Origin: Planctomycetota bacterium
Lineage (GTDB): Bacteria > Planctomycetota > Brocadiia > JAADGH01
NCBI GenBank assembly: GCA_040755855.1
Contig: JBFMAD010000008.1
Location: 32,001-96,000, forward strand
Reading direction: 5' to 3'
Length of the DNA: 64,000 nt
The translations under genes were made by a program, and so were the position numbers. Below, piece after piece: positions 28,980 through 37,821 of the stretch. The notes under the pieces were generated by a model, which made no database searches, was not told the origin of the DNA, and saw only the letters and a program-made list of their open reading frames with translations. The first letter of the stretch is position 1. Every line of letters starts with the position of its first letter.

Positions 28980-28984
28980 GGCGA

Positions 28985-29806
28985 ATGGAAATCCTGAAAA
29001 CCATCTTCCTCGCCGTCGTTCAGGGCCTCACGGAGTTCCTGCCCGTGAGCAGCTCGGGCCACCTCGTCCTCTTCGGCCGCGCGCTCCATGTGGAGGCCCC
29101 GGGCCTCTTCCTCGACCTGGCCCTTCATGTCGGCACGGTCCTTGCCGTGATGGTTGTCTATCGCCAGGAGATATGGGAGATCGTCCGGGACTTTCTCGCT
29201 CTATTTTTCCGACGGAACTGGCGGGAAAATCCCAACGCACGCTTCGCCGTCGCTATTGTCGTCGGGTCGGTCCCTACGGCAATCATTGGACTTGCCTTCG
29301 AACACGTCATCCAGCGAATGTTCGAGAGACTCGACGTTGTCGGCGCGGGGCTGATCGTCACCGCAGCGGCGCTGTGGCTCACGAAATTCTCCAAAGCGAA
29401 AGAAGGCGGCGCGGGGCGGGTCGGAGTGCTTCAGGCCGTCCTGATCGGCGTCGCCCAGGGCATCGCCGTCATCCCCGGCGTCTCCCGCTCGGGCGCGACG
29501 ATCTCCTGCGGGCTGCTGTTGGGGGTGGATCGCGAGACGGCGGCGCGGTTCTCCTTCCTCCTCTCGATCCCCGCCATCCTCGGTGCGGCGGTGTGGGAAG
29601 CGAGCTGGGCGGCGGCCCAGGAGGCGAGCGGGGCGGCGCGGGATGTGGCGTGGCTGCCGCTGCTCATCGGGATCATGGTCTCGTTCGCGGTGGGGTATCT
29701 GGCCCTCAAACTCCTCCTGCGCTTCGTGAAGCGCGGCAAGCTGCATGTTTTCGCGTACTACTGCCTGCCCGCGGGCCTTCTCGCCCTGGCCCTTTGTATT
29801 GTATAG
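28985..29806 (+). CDS. uppP: undecaprenyl-diphosphate phosphatase
   Basis: QGLTEFLPVSSSGH and PGVSRSGATI motifs. Confidence 0.95.
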   Translation: MEILKTIFLAVVQGLTEFLPVSSSGHLVLFGRALHVEAPGLFLDLALHVGTVLAVMVVYRQEIWEIVRDFLALFFRRNWRENPNARFAVAIVVGSVPTAIIGLAFEHVIQRMFERLDVVGAGLIVTAAALWLTKFSKAKEGGAGRVGVLQAVLIGVAQGIAVIPGVSRSGATISCGLLLGVDRETAARFSFLLSIPAILGAAVWEASWAAAQEASGAARDVAWLPLLIGIMVSFAVGYLALKLLLRFVKRGKLHVFAYYCLPAGLLALALCIV

Positions 29807-29864
29807 AACCCATCCGAAGCAAAGATGAAATTCCCCGCGCGCCCATCCGGCGCACGTCCTGTGA

Positions 29865-30374
29865 TTATCGGGGGTTCTTCGGCCTGTCCGCCCGTTCCAT
29901 CAACGCCTTGACCGCCTTGACGGCCTCGTCGTCGGTCTGGCTGAAGACCAGGCGCTTGATGTGTTCGGTGTGCCGGGTCCCGTAGCGATAGACGGGGCAG
30001 ACGCGGCACTTGTCCTTCTCCGGGGCGCAGTGGGGGCTATCGCTCATCCAGCAGGGCCTCGCGCCGTCCTTGAAGGCCGGGCAGGCGTCCCTCTCGCGGG
30101 GGCGAAGCGACGACAGCCGCCAGCAAGGGAGCATGGCCAACAGCCGGCGGACGCCCTCCATGTTCAGGCCGAGGTCCTGGATCATGTGCTGGATGGCGCG
30201 GATGCGCTCGATGTCCTCGATGGAGTACATCCGCCGACCGGAGGAGGTCCGGTGAGGGATGAGGAGGCCCTCGGTCTCGTATTTGCGAATCGCCGAAACG
30301 GACAATCCCACCTTCTCGGCCACGACGCCGATCGGGATGACCGGATCGAGCATGTGATCCATATCTTCCTTCAT
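29865..30374 (-). CDS. MerR-family (HspR-like) regulator with a Cys-rich C-terminal domain
   Basis: IGVVAEKVG.S..AIRKYE..GL..P.RT..GRRMYS HTH; PCW...CPA...PCW...C...CRVC. Confidence 0.85.
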   Translation of the reverse strand: MKEDMDHMLDPVIPIGVVAEKVGLSVSAIRKYETEGLLIPHRTSSGRRMYSIEDIERIRAIQHMIQDLGLNMEGVRRLLAMLPCWRLSSLRPRERDACPAFKDGARPCWMSDSPHCAPEKDKCRVCPVYRYGTRHTEHIKRLVFSQTDDEAVKAVKALMERADRPKNPR

Positions 30375-30501
30375 CGTTCCCGCTCAGACAAACAGGGAAA
30401 CGCTGCGGCAGCGCGGCAGAACGCACTCCTTTATCATGTTACCCGATGTGCACGGGAGGGTCAAGCAATTCCCGGCGGCCTCGGCATTTCCTGCTTTCGG
30501 C

Positions 30502-30529
30502 TTGACGTGCGCCCGCGGGCCGATATACT
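30502..30529 (+). promoter_or_regulatory. sigma70-like promoter
   Basis: TTGACG-16-TATACT; a divergent TTGACC-17-TAACAT for the MerR gene lies just to the left. Confidence 0.5.
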
Positions 30530-30611
30530 TGCCTGCAAGCGGAATTGGATGGCCGGCGAAACTTCGAGATACCGGCACGGAAACGATCATCGTGGAACAG
30601 GGAGAGAGGAA

Positions 30612-33386
30612 ATGAATCGAGGACTCCTGTTGCTTCTCGTGGTTATGCTGGGGTTCGCCGCACAAAGCGATGGACAGGGCAGCCCATACGACAAGGAATT
30701 CCATGTCATCAAGGTCATCTTCCATCTCGTCGGCGAGGGGCCGATCCCGTGGGAGGGGACTGTCGAGGTCAAGGGCGGCGAACTTCTTGACCTGAAGGGC
30801 TGGTGCTTCGACAAGAAGGACGAGACCGACGGCAGCAAGTGGCGCTGCACGGTTGCCGACAAGGTGCAGAAGCCCCCGGCGAAGGGGAAAAGGCGAACGC
30901 TGCAGTTCAGTCAGAGTCTCCTGGATTTCGCCGAGCCGGAGAAGGGCCTCTTCATCACCGTGCGCGGTCCTGAGAGCGCCGTCGTGGGATTGCAGACGAA
31001 CAAGGGAGAGTTCTCGATTGCTCTTTCGGACCTCGCGCCCGGCGTGGACAAGAATCTGGCCGAGGGGCTGATTACCGTCTCGCGCGGGATGCCGTCGGTC
31101 AAGGTCGCGGGCGAGCCGGCCGACGAGGATTACCCCCGCATCACGACCGACGCGCAGGGCAACCTGTGGGTCGCGTGGATTTCGTGGAACCAGGAAAATG
31201 ATGAGGTCCGCGCCCGCCGGTTCGACGGCAAGGCATGGTCGGACCCGATCCAGGTGAGCGACGGCCGCGGGCAAGCGTTCGACGTCCAGATCGCGTGCGA
31301 CAACCAGGGCAAGGTCTGGGTCGTCTGGGCCTGGCTTGATCTTGCGAAGGAGCAGTACGATCTCTTTGCGCGCACGATGGACGGCGACAAGCCGGAGAAG
31401 ATTATCCGCCTGACGAACGACGCGGCCCCCGACATACAGCCGTCAATGGCGACCGGACCCGACGGAACGATCTGGCTGACATGGCAATCTATCCGTGAGG
31501 GAAACTCCGACATCTTCCTGCGAAGCCTGAGGGACGGCAGATGGTCGGACGAAATCCGCGTCACCGACCATCCCGCGAACGATTGGGAACCGGAGATCAC
31601 TGTGGACAAGTCGGGAACGCTCTTCGTCGCGTGGGATACCTACCGGAACGGGAACTACGACATCTATCTGGCATCGTATCGGGATGGAAAGGTCTCGCCG
31701 CCGGTCGCCGTCGCGACCTCGCCCGACTTCGAGGCTCATGCGAGCATCGCCTGCGATGCGAAGGGCCGCGTGTGGGTCGCCTGGGACCACGGCACGCCGA
31801 ACTGGGGGAAGGACTACTCCGGCCATAAGGCCAGCTTCAAACCGCCGGAGGGCTCCGCGCCCATGCATGCCTACAGTCGGATGGGCATGGCCTGCGTGCA
31901 GAATGGAAAGGTGTTCGATCTCTCCGCCGCGATCCCGCAGCCGATGACGCCGATCACGGCTGAAATGGTGGTCTATGAAACGCTCGGTCCCAAGCGGTTC
32001 TACGACATGCCACATCTGGCCGTGGATGGACAAGGGCGGCTGTGGTGCTTCTTCCGGCTGAACCGGCAGGGCTACGTCGGCCACCCAAACGGCGGGGGCG
32101 TGTGGGAGATATTCGGGACCTGCTTCGCCGACGGCAAGTGGTCCGATCCGGTCCCCGTCGCCAACAGCGAGGGGCGAATGAACCAGCGCCTCGATTCCTT
32201 CGTGGATAAGGACGGGCGATTGCTGATCGCGTGGGGGGCGGGATGCCATTTCAAGGATGTGAACTACGATGTGCACATCGCGGCTGTGCCGGCGCTTCCG
32301 GCAGGCGGAACAGATGGCGCCGTCGGGATGGAGCTCCTCCTCCCGCCGCCGGGCAGGCTGGACGAAAGGCCCCGGCCGCATGTCATGGAGATCGGCGGGA
32401 AGAAATATCGCCTGGCCTACGGCGATCTTCACCGGCACACCGAGGTCTCGCTCTGCACGCCGACGATTGACGGCTCGCTGATTGACGCCTACCGCTACGC
32501 CCTCGACGCGGCGCAACTGGACTTCCTCGGCGTCACCGATCACACCCGCGACACGCGGCCCTACGCCTGGTGGCTGACGCAGAAGGCGGCGGATATGTTC
32601 AACATGCCGGGCCGGTTCGCGGCCTTCTACTCCTACGAGCGGAGCAACGACGTCGGCGGCGGAGGGCATCGCAACGTCTTCTTCACCCGGCGGGGGAACA
32701 AGGTCTATGACAGCGGCCCGCCCCCGTGGGACCTGTGGAAGGAACTGGCCGACCTGAACCAGGACGTCGTCACCATCCCCCACACCCCCGGCTACAGCGG
32801 GAAGGACGACAAGGGCACGTGGACCTACAACGACCCGCGCTTCGAGCCGCTGGTCGAGATATTCCAAGCGTATCGGAAGTCGTACGAGATGGGCGAGCCG
32901 GAGCAGATGAAGAAGGCGGGGACCCCGAAGTGGTCCGTCTGGCACGCGCTGGAGAAGGGGTACAAGATCGGCTTCATCGCCAGTTCGGACCATTGGTCCA
33001 CGCACCTGTCGTATGCCTGCGTCTATGCCGAGGCGCCGACGCGGCAGGCGATCTTCGAGGGGCTTCGGAAGCGGCGCACCTTCGGGGCGATGGACAACAT
33101 CGTGGTCGAGTTCAGCATCAACGGGCATCCGATGGGGGAGGAGATCAAGCTGGCCGACGCGCCGACGCTCGACGTGAAGGTCCAGGGGACGGGGCCGATC
33201 AAGCAGGTGGACATTGTTCGCAATAATGAATTTATCCACACGGTCAACCCTGGCGCGAGCGAGGCGAAATTCACCTTCGTGGACAAGAACGCCAAGCCGG
33301 GGACGAGCTACTACTACGTCCGCGTGGAGCAGGAGGACGGCAAGTGGGCCTGGGCGTCGCCGGTGTGGGTGACGAGGGAGGAGTGA
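30612..33386 (+). CDS. large secreted protein: beta-propeller repeats plus PHP-like (DUF3604/CehA-McbA-type) metallohydrolase
   Basis: Signal peptide; repeated P.i..D..G..WVaW blades; YGDLHRHT, VTDH, GHRNV, IPH, ASSDH, YYYVRVEQ.DG..AW.SP. Confidence 0.8.
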   Translation: MNRGLLLLLVVMLGFAAQSDGQGSPYDKEFHVIKVIFHLVGEGPIPWEGTVEVKGGELLDLKGWCFDKKDETDGSKWRCTVADKVQKPPAKGKRRTLQFSQSLLDFAEPEKGLFITVRGPESAVVGLQTNKGEFSIALSDLAPGVDKNLAEGLITVSRGMPSVKVAGEPADEDYPRITTDAQGNLWVAWISWNQENDEVRARRFDGKAWSDPIQVSDGRGQAFDVQIACDNQGKVWVVWAWLDLAKEQYDLFARTMDGDKPEKIIRLTNDAAPDIQPSMATGPDGTIWLTWQSIREGNSDIFLRSLRDGRWSDEIRVTDHPANDWEPEITVDKSGTLFVAWDTYRNGNYDIYLASYRDGKVSPPVAVATSPDFEAHASIACDAKGRVWVAWDHGTPNWGKDYSGHKASFKPPEGSAPMHAYSRMGMACVQNGKVFDLSAAIPQPMTPITAEMVVYETLGPKRFYDMPHLAVDGQGRLWCFFRLNRQGYVGHPNGGGVWEIFGTCFADGKWSDPVPVANSEGRMNQRLDSFVDKDGRLLIAWGAGCHFKDVNYDVHIAAVPALPAGGTDGAVGMELLLPPPGRLDERPRPHVMEIGGKKYRLAYGDLHRHTEVSLCTPTIDGSLIDAYRYALDAAQLDFLGVTDHTRDTRPYAWWLTQKAADMFNMPGRFAAFYSYERSNDVGGGGHRNVFFTRRGNKVYDSGPPPWDLWKELADLNQDVVTIPHTPGYSGKDDKGTWTYNDPRFEPLVEIFQAYRKSYEMGEPEQMKKAGTPKWSVWHALEKGYKIGFIASSDHWSTHLSYACVYAEAPTRQAIFEGLRKRRTFGAMDNIVVEFSINGHPMGEEIKLADAPTLDVKVQGTGPIKQVDIVRNNEFIHTVNPGASEAKFTFVDKNAKPGTSYYYVRVEQEDGKWAWASPVWVTREE

Positions 33387-33425
33387 CGTAGTGTCTGAAT
33401 CATGGCGGCATGCCGGTTCCTGAAA

Positions 33426-33507
33426 GTCATTCTGAGTCTCGCGCTTCGCGGGACGAAGAATCTCAGCGTTGCGAAAGGTCGAGATGCTTCGCTTCGCTCA
33501 GCATGAC
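33426..33507. repeat. GTCAT...ATGAC palindromic element, variant 1
   Basis: GTCATTCTGAG...GAAGAATCTC...GAGATGCTTC...CTCAGCATGAC. Confidence 0.8.
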
Positions 33508-33645
33508 ACGGGCGACGCCGCCGCAACTGAGGGGGCTATAGCATGACGAGGAAATCAGGACTTGCCCCAAAAGTTGTGGGCCATCTGTCGTAAGTTATGT
33601 TTAAGAGTAGGCTTGCTTTGATTGGGTCGCGGAACCCCCGTCATT

Positions 33646-33770
33646 GTCATTGCGAGTCGTTCCGCGTTTCGCGGGACGACGAAGCAATCTCGTCGTTCGC
33701 AACGCCACCGGGCCTACGAGATTGCTTCGTCGCATCTTTCGCTATTGCGAAAGATGCTCCTCGCAATGAC
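33646..33770. repeat. GTCAT...ATGAC palindromic element, variant 2
   Basis: GTCATTGCGAG...GACGAAGCAATCTCGT...ACGAGATTGCTTCGTC...CTCGCAATGAC. Confidence 0.8.
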
Positions 33771-33809
33771 GTCGAGGGACCATGGGGAAACTCCTCATGG
33801 GGAAATGCC

Positions 33810-33838
33810 TTGACAGCCTCATGGCGGATCGCTATCGT
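33810..33838 (+). promoter_or_regulatory. sigma70-like promoter upstream of the long hairpin
   Basis: TTGACA-17-TATCGT. Confidence 0.55.
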
Positions 33839-33917
33839 GAAGGTGATGATTTCCAACATTCTGAATCGTTTTGAAGGAGATGCTATCGGCTTGGCCTGAA
33901 TCACGATTTTGCCATTT

Positions 33918-34071
33918 GAGTTCGTTCAGAACGTCGTCGCTACGAAACTGCTACATTCTTTGTCCGCAACGACGCTCTGGCGAGCTCCCTGGAAACAGGG
34001 AGCTGCCAGGCGTTGCTTTGCGGACAGGGCTGTAGCAGGCCCCGTAGCGATAGTGGCGTCTTGGTCAGCTC
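33918..34071 (+). ncRNA. candidate structured RNA or 5' leader: long rod-like hairpin with a GAAA tetraloop
   Basis: Nested stems around the loop at 33992-33995; the imperfect pairs inside helices are G-U on the + strand. Confidence 0.5.
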
Positions 34072-34109
34072 CCTTTTCTTTTGGGGAGAAAGCGCAAAGG
34101 AGGGATGGG

Positions 34110-34811
34110 ATGAAACGTGTGATGACGATCGTGGGTCTTTCTGTGGCTTTGCTCCTCTCCGCCTCCATGATCGCCGAGGCGCAGAGCAAGAAGAAAGGCA
34201 AAGAGCCGGAACTGGCGATCTGCAAACGAGGCAACCTGATCTTCGAGGATGATTTTTCGGGGAAGGAGGTGGAGTGGAACGTAACTGGTGGGGAATGGAA
34301 GATTGAGAAGAATAGCCTCGTAACAAGGTCGAAAGGCACAGTTGCGAACAAGGATTACCCGTCCATTTGCCGTCCGTTCGCCGAAGTGCCCAATGTCGTC
34401 TTCGAATTCAGGGTTCTCTTGCCAATGAAAGGATCCTTTGGCGTCTATGGCAAGGAGGGTGGTAGCAATGCCCAGAATCCGGGGGCTTCTTTCTCTCCCA
34501 ACACAAGAACCGTGTCAATCACGTATTGGGCCCCCCATGTTGATCTCGCTAAGGGCCCTCTTGTCTATGCGAAACCCAGGTGGTTAGATGTGATCTTTGA
34601 ACTATACACGAACAAGTATGCTCTTACGGTGGACGGTAAGACAATGCGAGGCGAGGTCCCGCCCGGCGAAGGCATCCAGAGGAACACTTTTTTGCTCACC
34701 GTACCAAACCCGAATGGGGAATTGTTTGCCATTGATGACGTCAAGGTCTACGAAGCCCTCCCGAAGGACGAGGGGGAGGGGGAGGACGAGAAGGGCAAGA
34801 AAAGGAAATGA
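34110..34811 (+). CDS. secreted ConA-like/DUF1080-like beta-sandwich protein
   Basis: Signal peptide; RGNLIFEDDF, GEWKIE and IDDVKVY motifs; similar to the protein starting at 57924; AGGAGG SD. Confidence 0.65.
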   Translation: MKRVMTIVGLSVALLLSASMIAEAQSKKKGKEPELAICKRGNLIFEDDFSGKEVEWNVTGGEWKIEKNSLVTRSKGTVANKDYPSICRPFAEVPNVVFEFRVLLPMKGSFGVYGKEGGSNAQNPGASFSPNTRTVSITYWAPHVDLAKGPLVYAKPRWLDVIFELYTNKYALTVDGKTMRGEVPPGEGIQRNTFLLTVPNPNGELFAIDDVKVYEALPKDEGEGEDEKGKKRK

Positions 34812-34853
34812 CTAATTCCCAAAGCCCGAATGACTAATCAATGACGAATGACG
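34807..34853. repeat. heptamer array (AATGACn) at a stop codon
   Basis: AATGACT...AATGACT AATC AATGACG AATGACG. Confidence 0.6.
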
Positions 34854-34858
34854 AAGGC

Positions 34859-35260
34859 CTATGGGAAAAGGCCGAGGCGAATCCACTGTCGCCGCGCTGC
34901 GACCTGGGCCTGACCATTCATCTCCAATTGAGCGGCTGTCGCCCTCCCGACGGCCGTAACGCCCTCGATCCTTCCGCCTTTGACATCCGCCCGGAAATGT
35001 TCCTCCCAACGATCCTGTCGCGGATGGAACAGGCGGACCACCCCCTGGCTTTTGGGGTCAACGGCGTCGAGGCGCGTCGCTTTTCGGAGATTGCAGGAAC
35101 GACATGCCAGCGCCCAGTTGGCTTCGTTGTCGGGGCCTTCGCGCGAGACGGGAATGATGTGTTCCACTTCGAAAGGGAGATTGAATACTCCTTCAGGGGC
35201 ATGACAGTATTCGCAGCGATGTCTCGCTCGCAGGGCCGTTTGGGTATAGCGCGGATTCAT
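34859..35260 (-). CDS. HNH endonuclease
   Basis: RCEYC, EVEHIIP..R.G....N.ALACRSCN..K and LFHPR...W.EHF motifs. Confidence 0.9.
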   Translation of the reverse strand: MNPRYTQTALRARHRCEYCHAPEGVFNLPFEVEHIIPVSREGPDNEANWALACRSCNLRKATRLDAVDPKSQGVVRLFHPRQDRWEEHFRADVKGGRIEGVTAVGRATAAQLEMNGQAQVAARRQWIRLGLFP

Positions 35261-35628
35261 CGCGCCAGTTCATCAACGGCGTCGGCGAGTTGCGCGGTCC
35301 GATCCCTGCAGGCGCGCAGCTCCGCCTCGACAAGAGAGTCCAACTCGGTCTGCTCAACCGAGGATAGGCTTTCTCCCTTGTCGCGGGCTATGCGCCAGCG
35401 CTCCATTAGCTCGGCGAGTCTCCGTTGCTGTTCGGGGCGGAAGAACTGGTCCGGCCGCAAACTCTGAACAATGACCAGCGCGCCGGTCTCTTCCTCGGGA
35501 AGTTGTGCGGTCAGCGCGTCCAGCGCCTCGCCTGCGGTTCGGCCCTGCGACTGCTTGTCTCCCGCCACGGCATGGTAGGACACTCTCCCTTGCCCGGTCG
35601 GCACCGGCAAGATGGCAACCCTTGTCAT
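35257..35628 (-). CDS. small protein, putative antitoxin (HicB-like N-terminus plus helical C-terminus)
   Basis: SQGRTAGEAL motif; RLAELM......L...EQTEL helix; ATGA overlap with the HNH gene; GGAGG SD. Confidence 0.65.
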   Translation of the reverse strand: MTRVAILPVPTGQGRVSYHAVAGDKQSQGRTAGEALDALTAQLPEEETGALVIVQSLRPDQFFRPEQQRRLAELMERWRIARDKGESLSSVEQTELDSLVEAELRACRDRTAQLADAVDELAR

Positions 35629-35716
35629 CCGTGTTTACCTCCCGCGGGTGATCATCACCCGTTCGAACCCATAGACAGGATAGAGAGCATTGATGTTGCT
35701 CTTCTCCCTTCTTGTA

Positions 35717-35745
35717 AGTGTACCGTAGGATTGAAAGGACGTCAA
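35717..35745 (-). promoter_or_regulatory. sigma70-like promoter of the HNH pair
   Basis: TTGACG-17-TACACT; palindrome CGGGTGAT-C-ATCACCCG downstream at 35645-35661. Confidence 0.6.
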
Positions 35746-35916
35746 GGGATTTATTAAATCTTGCAGACCAAGACCCTCCAAGCGGCGGAAACGCGAAGGC
35801 GACTCGATCTGAAACAGAGTCCGTGTGTATTGCAGGGGAAGGCCAGAGCGAATCCGATGTCGCCGCGCTTGAACTGTTTGGGCGGCTTATGACAACTCAT
35901 GTCGAATGGCGGCCTA

Positions 35917-37668
35917 TCAGACGCCGCTGAGAAAGAATTTCCAGCGCTCGCTCAAGTCGCGCCGGGGGCCCAAAGGCCTGATCTCAACGATGGAATCCTC
36001 CGGGGGCTCGATCTTGAAATCCATGTCCGCGAAGAATGCGCCGAGCAGAGGGCCAGGCCCATCGGGGCCAAACAATTGGGCGGTCCCTGCCCCCGATGGG
36101 AGCCGAGCCAACATCACGCACACGTTGATCTGAGGCCGACCGTGGTGCTCCCGATACCAGTTCGGCCCGGGCGTCGGAAAGGCGACCGCAACGACATCGC
36201 CGCCGACCCCGTTCTTGCGCAACTGGTTGCGGAACGCGTTTGATTTGACCAGGCGGTCCAGTATCTCCCGTGCGAAGTCGGGGTCCAGCCGCGTCCGCAG
36301 AATCGGCGCCTTCACCAGTATGAGCTCCGCGCTTGCCGCCGCACCTGGGGTCACCACACCGACCGGCTGGCCAGGGGAAACGTCCGCCGACGCGGCGAGT
36401 TGCTGCATGAAGAAATCCCATCGCTCCTCCCCAGGGAAGCCTCTGCCGGGCGCGACAAGTTGCCCTTCCACGATGTCTTCGCCCTGGGGACGGTCGAGAT
36501 TCACGGGGGCGATGCACGCGCCGATGATCTGCCGATTCGACTTGTCCGCCAACGCATCCGAGAAAGCCGCGCCCTCCGCCAAACGGCATCGGATGATCAT
36601 GGCCCGCACCCGCTCCGTTCCGGCCTCGTCGGGCGCCGGGCCGCGACGGCCGGACTCGTCCTGGCCCCGGTGCATCCCCGGAGTACCGGGTTGGTCGGGT
36701 TTATCGTAAGGCCCGCAGAACACTATCGCCGCGTCGCGATTCGATTCGTCGAGGAACGCGAGAAAGCCTTTCAGTGTTTTCGACTCCTGGAGGCCGACAA
36801 GCAGACGTTCGGCGAAACCGGGTTGCCGCGCATTGCGATATGGGCCGCGAACAACAGCCAACCGACCCGATTGAACGAACTGCACGCCGGCGGCTTCTCC
36901 GGCGGTGAGGTTGACCGGCCGGGAGGGCGCACCGCCGGAGCCGGAAGTGAGCTGGACGGTAGCTGCGAGATACGGGACGTTGCGCAGGGCCAGCTTGGCG
37001 GTCCCGATCAGCCAGATCAGACCGCAGGCAACCATCAGAGTAAGGACGAGCGAGATCATAACCCGGATGGGCGCCGGCAGCGGCAGGGGGGGAACCCGCG
37101 CCAGAACCCTTGCGAGATAACGGTCGCCGGGGATGCAGAACGACGTGCGGGCGCGATAGGACCGATATTCTTCACCGAATAGCTGGAGGCACGTCCCCTC
37201 CTCGCTCTTGGACAAATGGTAATATAGGAACATCATGAGAAAGAACGCCAGGAATGTGATGGCGCGCCCCCATGTCAGCAAAATGCCGATGCCAAACAGC
37301 GTGAGCGCAGAGTACTGTGGATTCCGAACCCAGCGATAGAGCCCACGTGTGACCAGGCCGGTTCGGCGGAGCTTGGCCAGGTAGATCTGCCCCGCGCCGA
37401 CGAGAAAGACGACAAGACCTATCAGGACCAGCGCCGGACCCACGGGTCCAAGCGTCAGCACGGGAAAGACGAAATGCGTGAGCCACGCGGTCTTGCTGTA
37501 TCCCGCCAGCGTTTCAATCCGGAGCAGCGAACCATACAGAAACCCCGCAAACGGGAGGAGCATCCAGATCGGCTCGAGGACGACAAAGAGGCTCAGGATC
37601 TGAACCAAGCCCTGACCGATCCTGGAGACAAGTCTACGGCTTTGGCGTTCGGGGCAATCGGGATTCAT
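35917..37668 (-). CDS. ICMT/PEMT-family membrane methyltransferase with a duplicated C-terminal domain
   Basis: LVTRGLYRWVRNPQY and EE......FGEEY..Y motifs; several TM helices. Confidence 0.75.
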   Translation of the reverse strand: MNPDCPERQSRRLVSRIGQGLVQILSLFVVLEPIWMLLPFAGFLYGSLLRIETLAGYSKTAWLTHFVFPVLTLGPVGPALVLIGLVVFLVGAGQIYLAKLRRTGLVTRGLYRWVRNPQYSALTLFGIGILLTWGRAITFLAFFLMMFLYYHLSKSEEGTCLQLFGEEYRSYRARTSFCIPGDRYLARVLARVPPLPLPAPIRVMISLVLTLMVACGLIWLIGTAKLALRNVPYLAATVQLTSGSGGAPSRPVNLTAGEAAGVQFVQSGRLAVVRGPYRNARQPGFAERLLVGLQESKTLKGFLAFLDESNRDAAIVFCGPYDKPDQPGTPGMHRGQDESGRRGPAPDEAGTERVRAMIIRCRLAEGAAFSDALADKSNRQIIGACIAPVNLDRPQGEDIVEGQLVAPGRGFPGEERWDFFMQQLAASADVSPGQPVGVVTPGAAASAELILVKAPILRTRLDPDFAREILDRLVKSNAFRNQLRKNGVGGDVVAVAFPTPGPNWYREHHGRPQINVCVMLARLPSGAGTAQLFGPDGPGPLLGAFFADMDFKIEPPEDSIVEIRPLGPRRDLSERWKFFLSGV

Positions 37669-37750
37669 CACTGATTTCCTCAATCACGCGTGGGTACCAT
37701 GGCCTGGACAATGTTCTCGATAGCAATCGGCCATGCCATTGGGCAAAGCA

Positions 37751-37785
37751 ATGCGGGACCGAGCACGTGATGCTCGGCCCCGCAT
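37751..37785 (-). terminator. hairpin, possible terminator after the EF-hand gene
   Basis: 15-bp stem (one G-U on the minus strand), 5-nt loop, weak U-tract TGCTTT. Confidence 0.45.
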
Positions 37786-37821
37786 GCAGTATCACCCCCT
37801 GACCGTGTCCGGGAAACCGCC

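Noticed and set aside
33983..34010. SRP (4.5S) RNA or 6S RNA identity for the long hairpin
   Set aside because: It lacks the SRP CAGG/AGCA internal loops next to the tetraloop and has no large 6S-like central bubble.
37722..37738. Possible sigma54 promoter TGGCATGGCCGATTGCT upstream of the ICMT-like gene
   Set aside because: GG-to-GC spacing is 11 rather than the strict 10.
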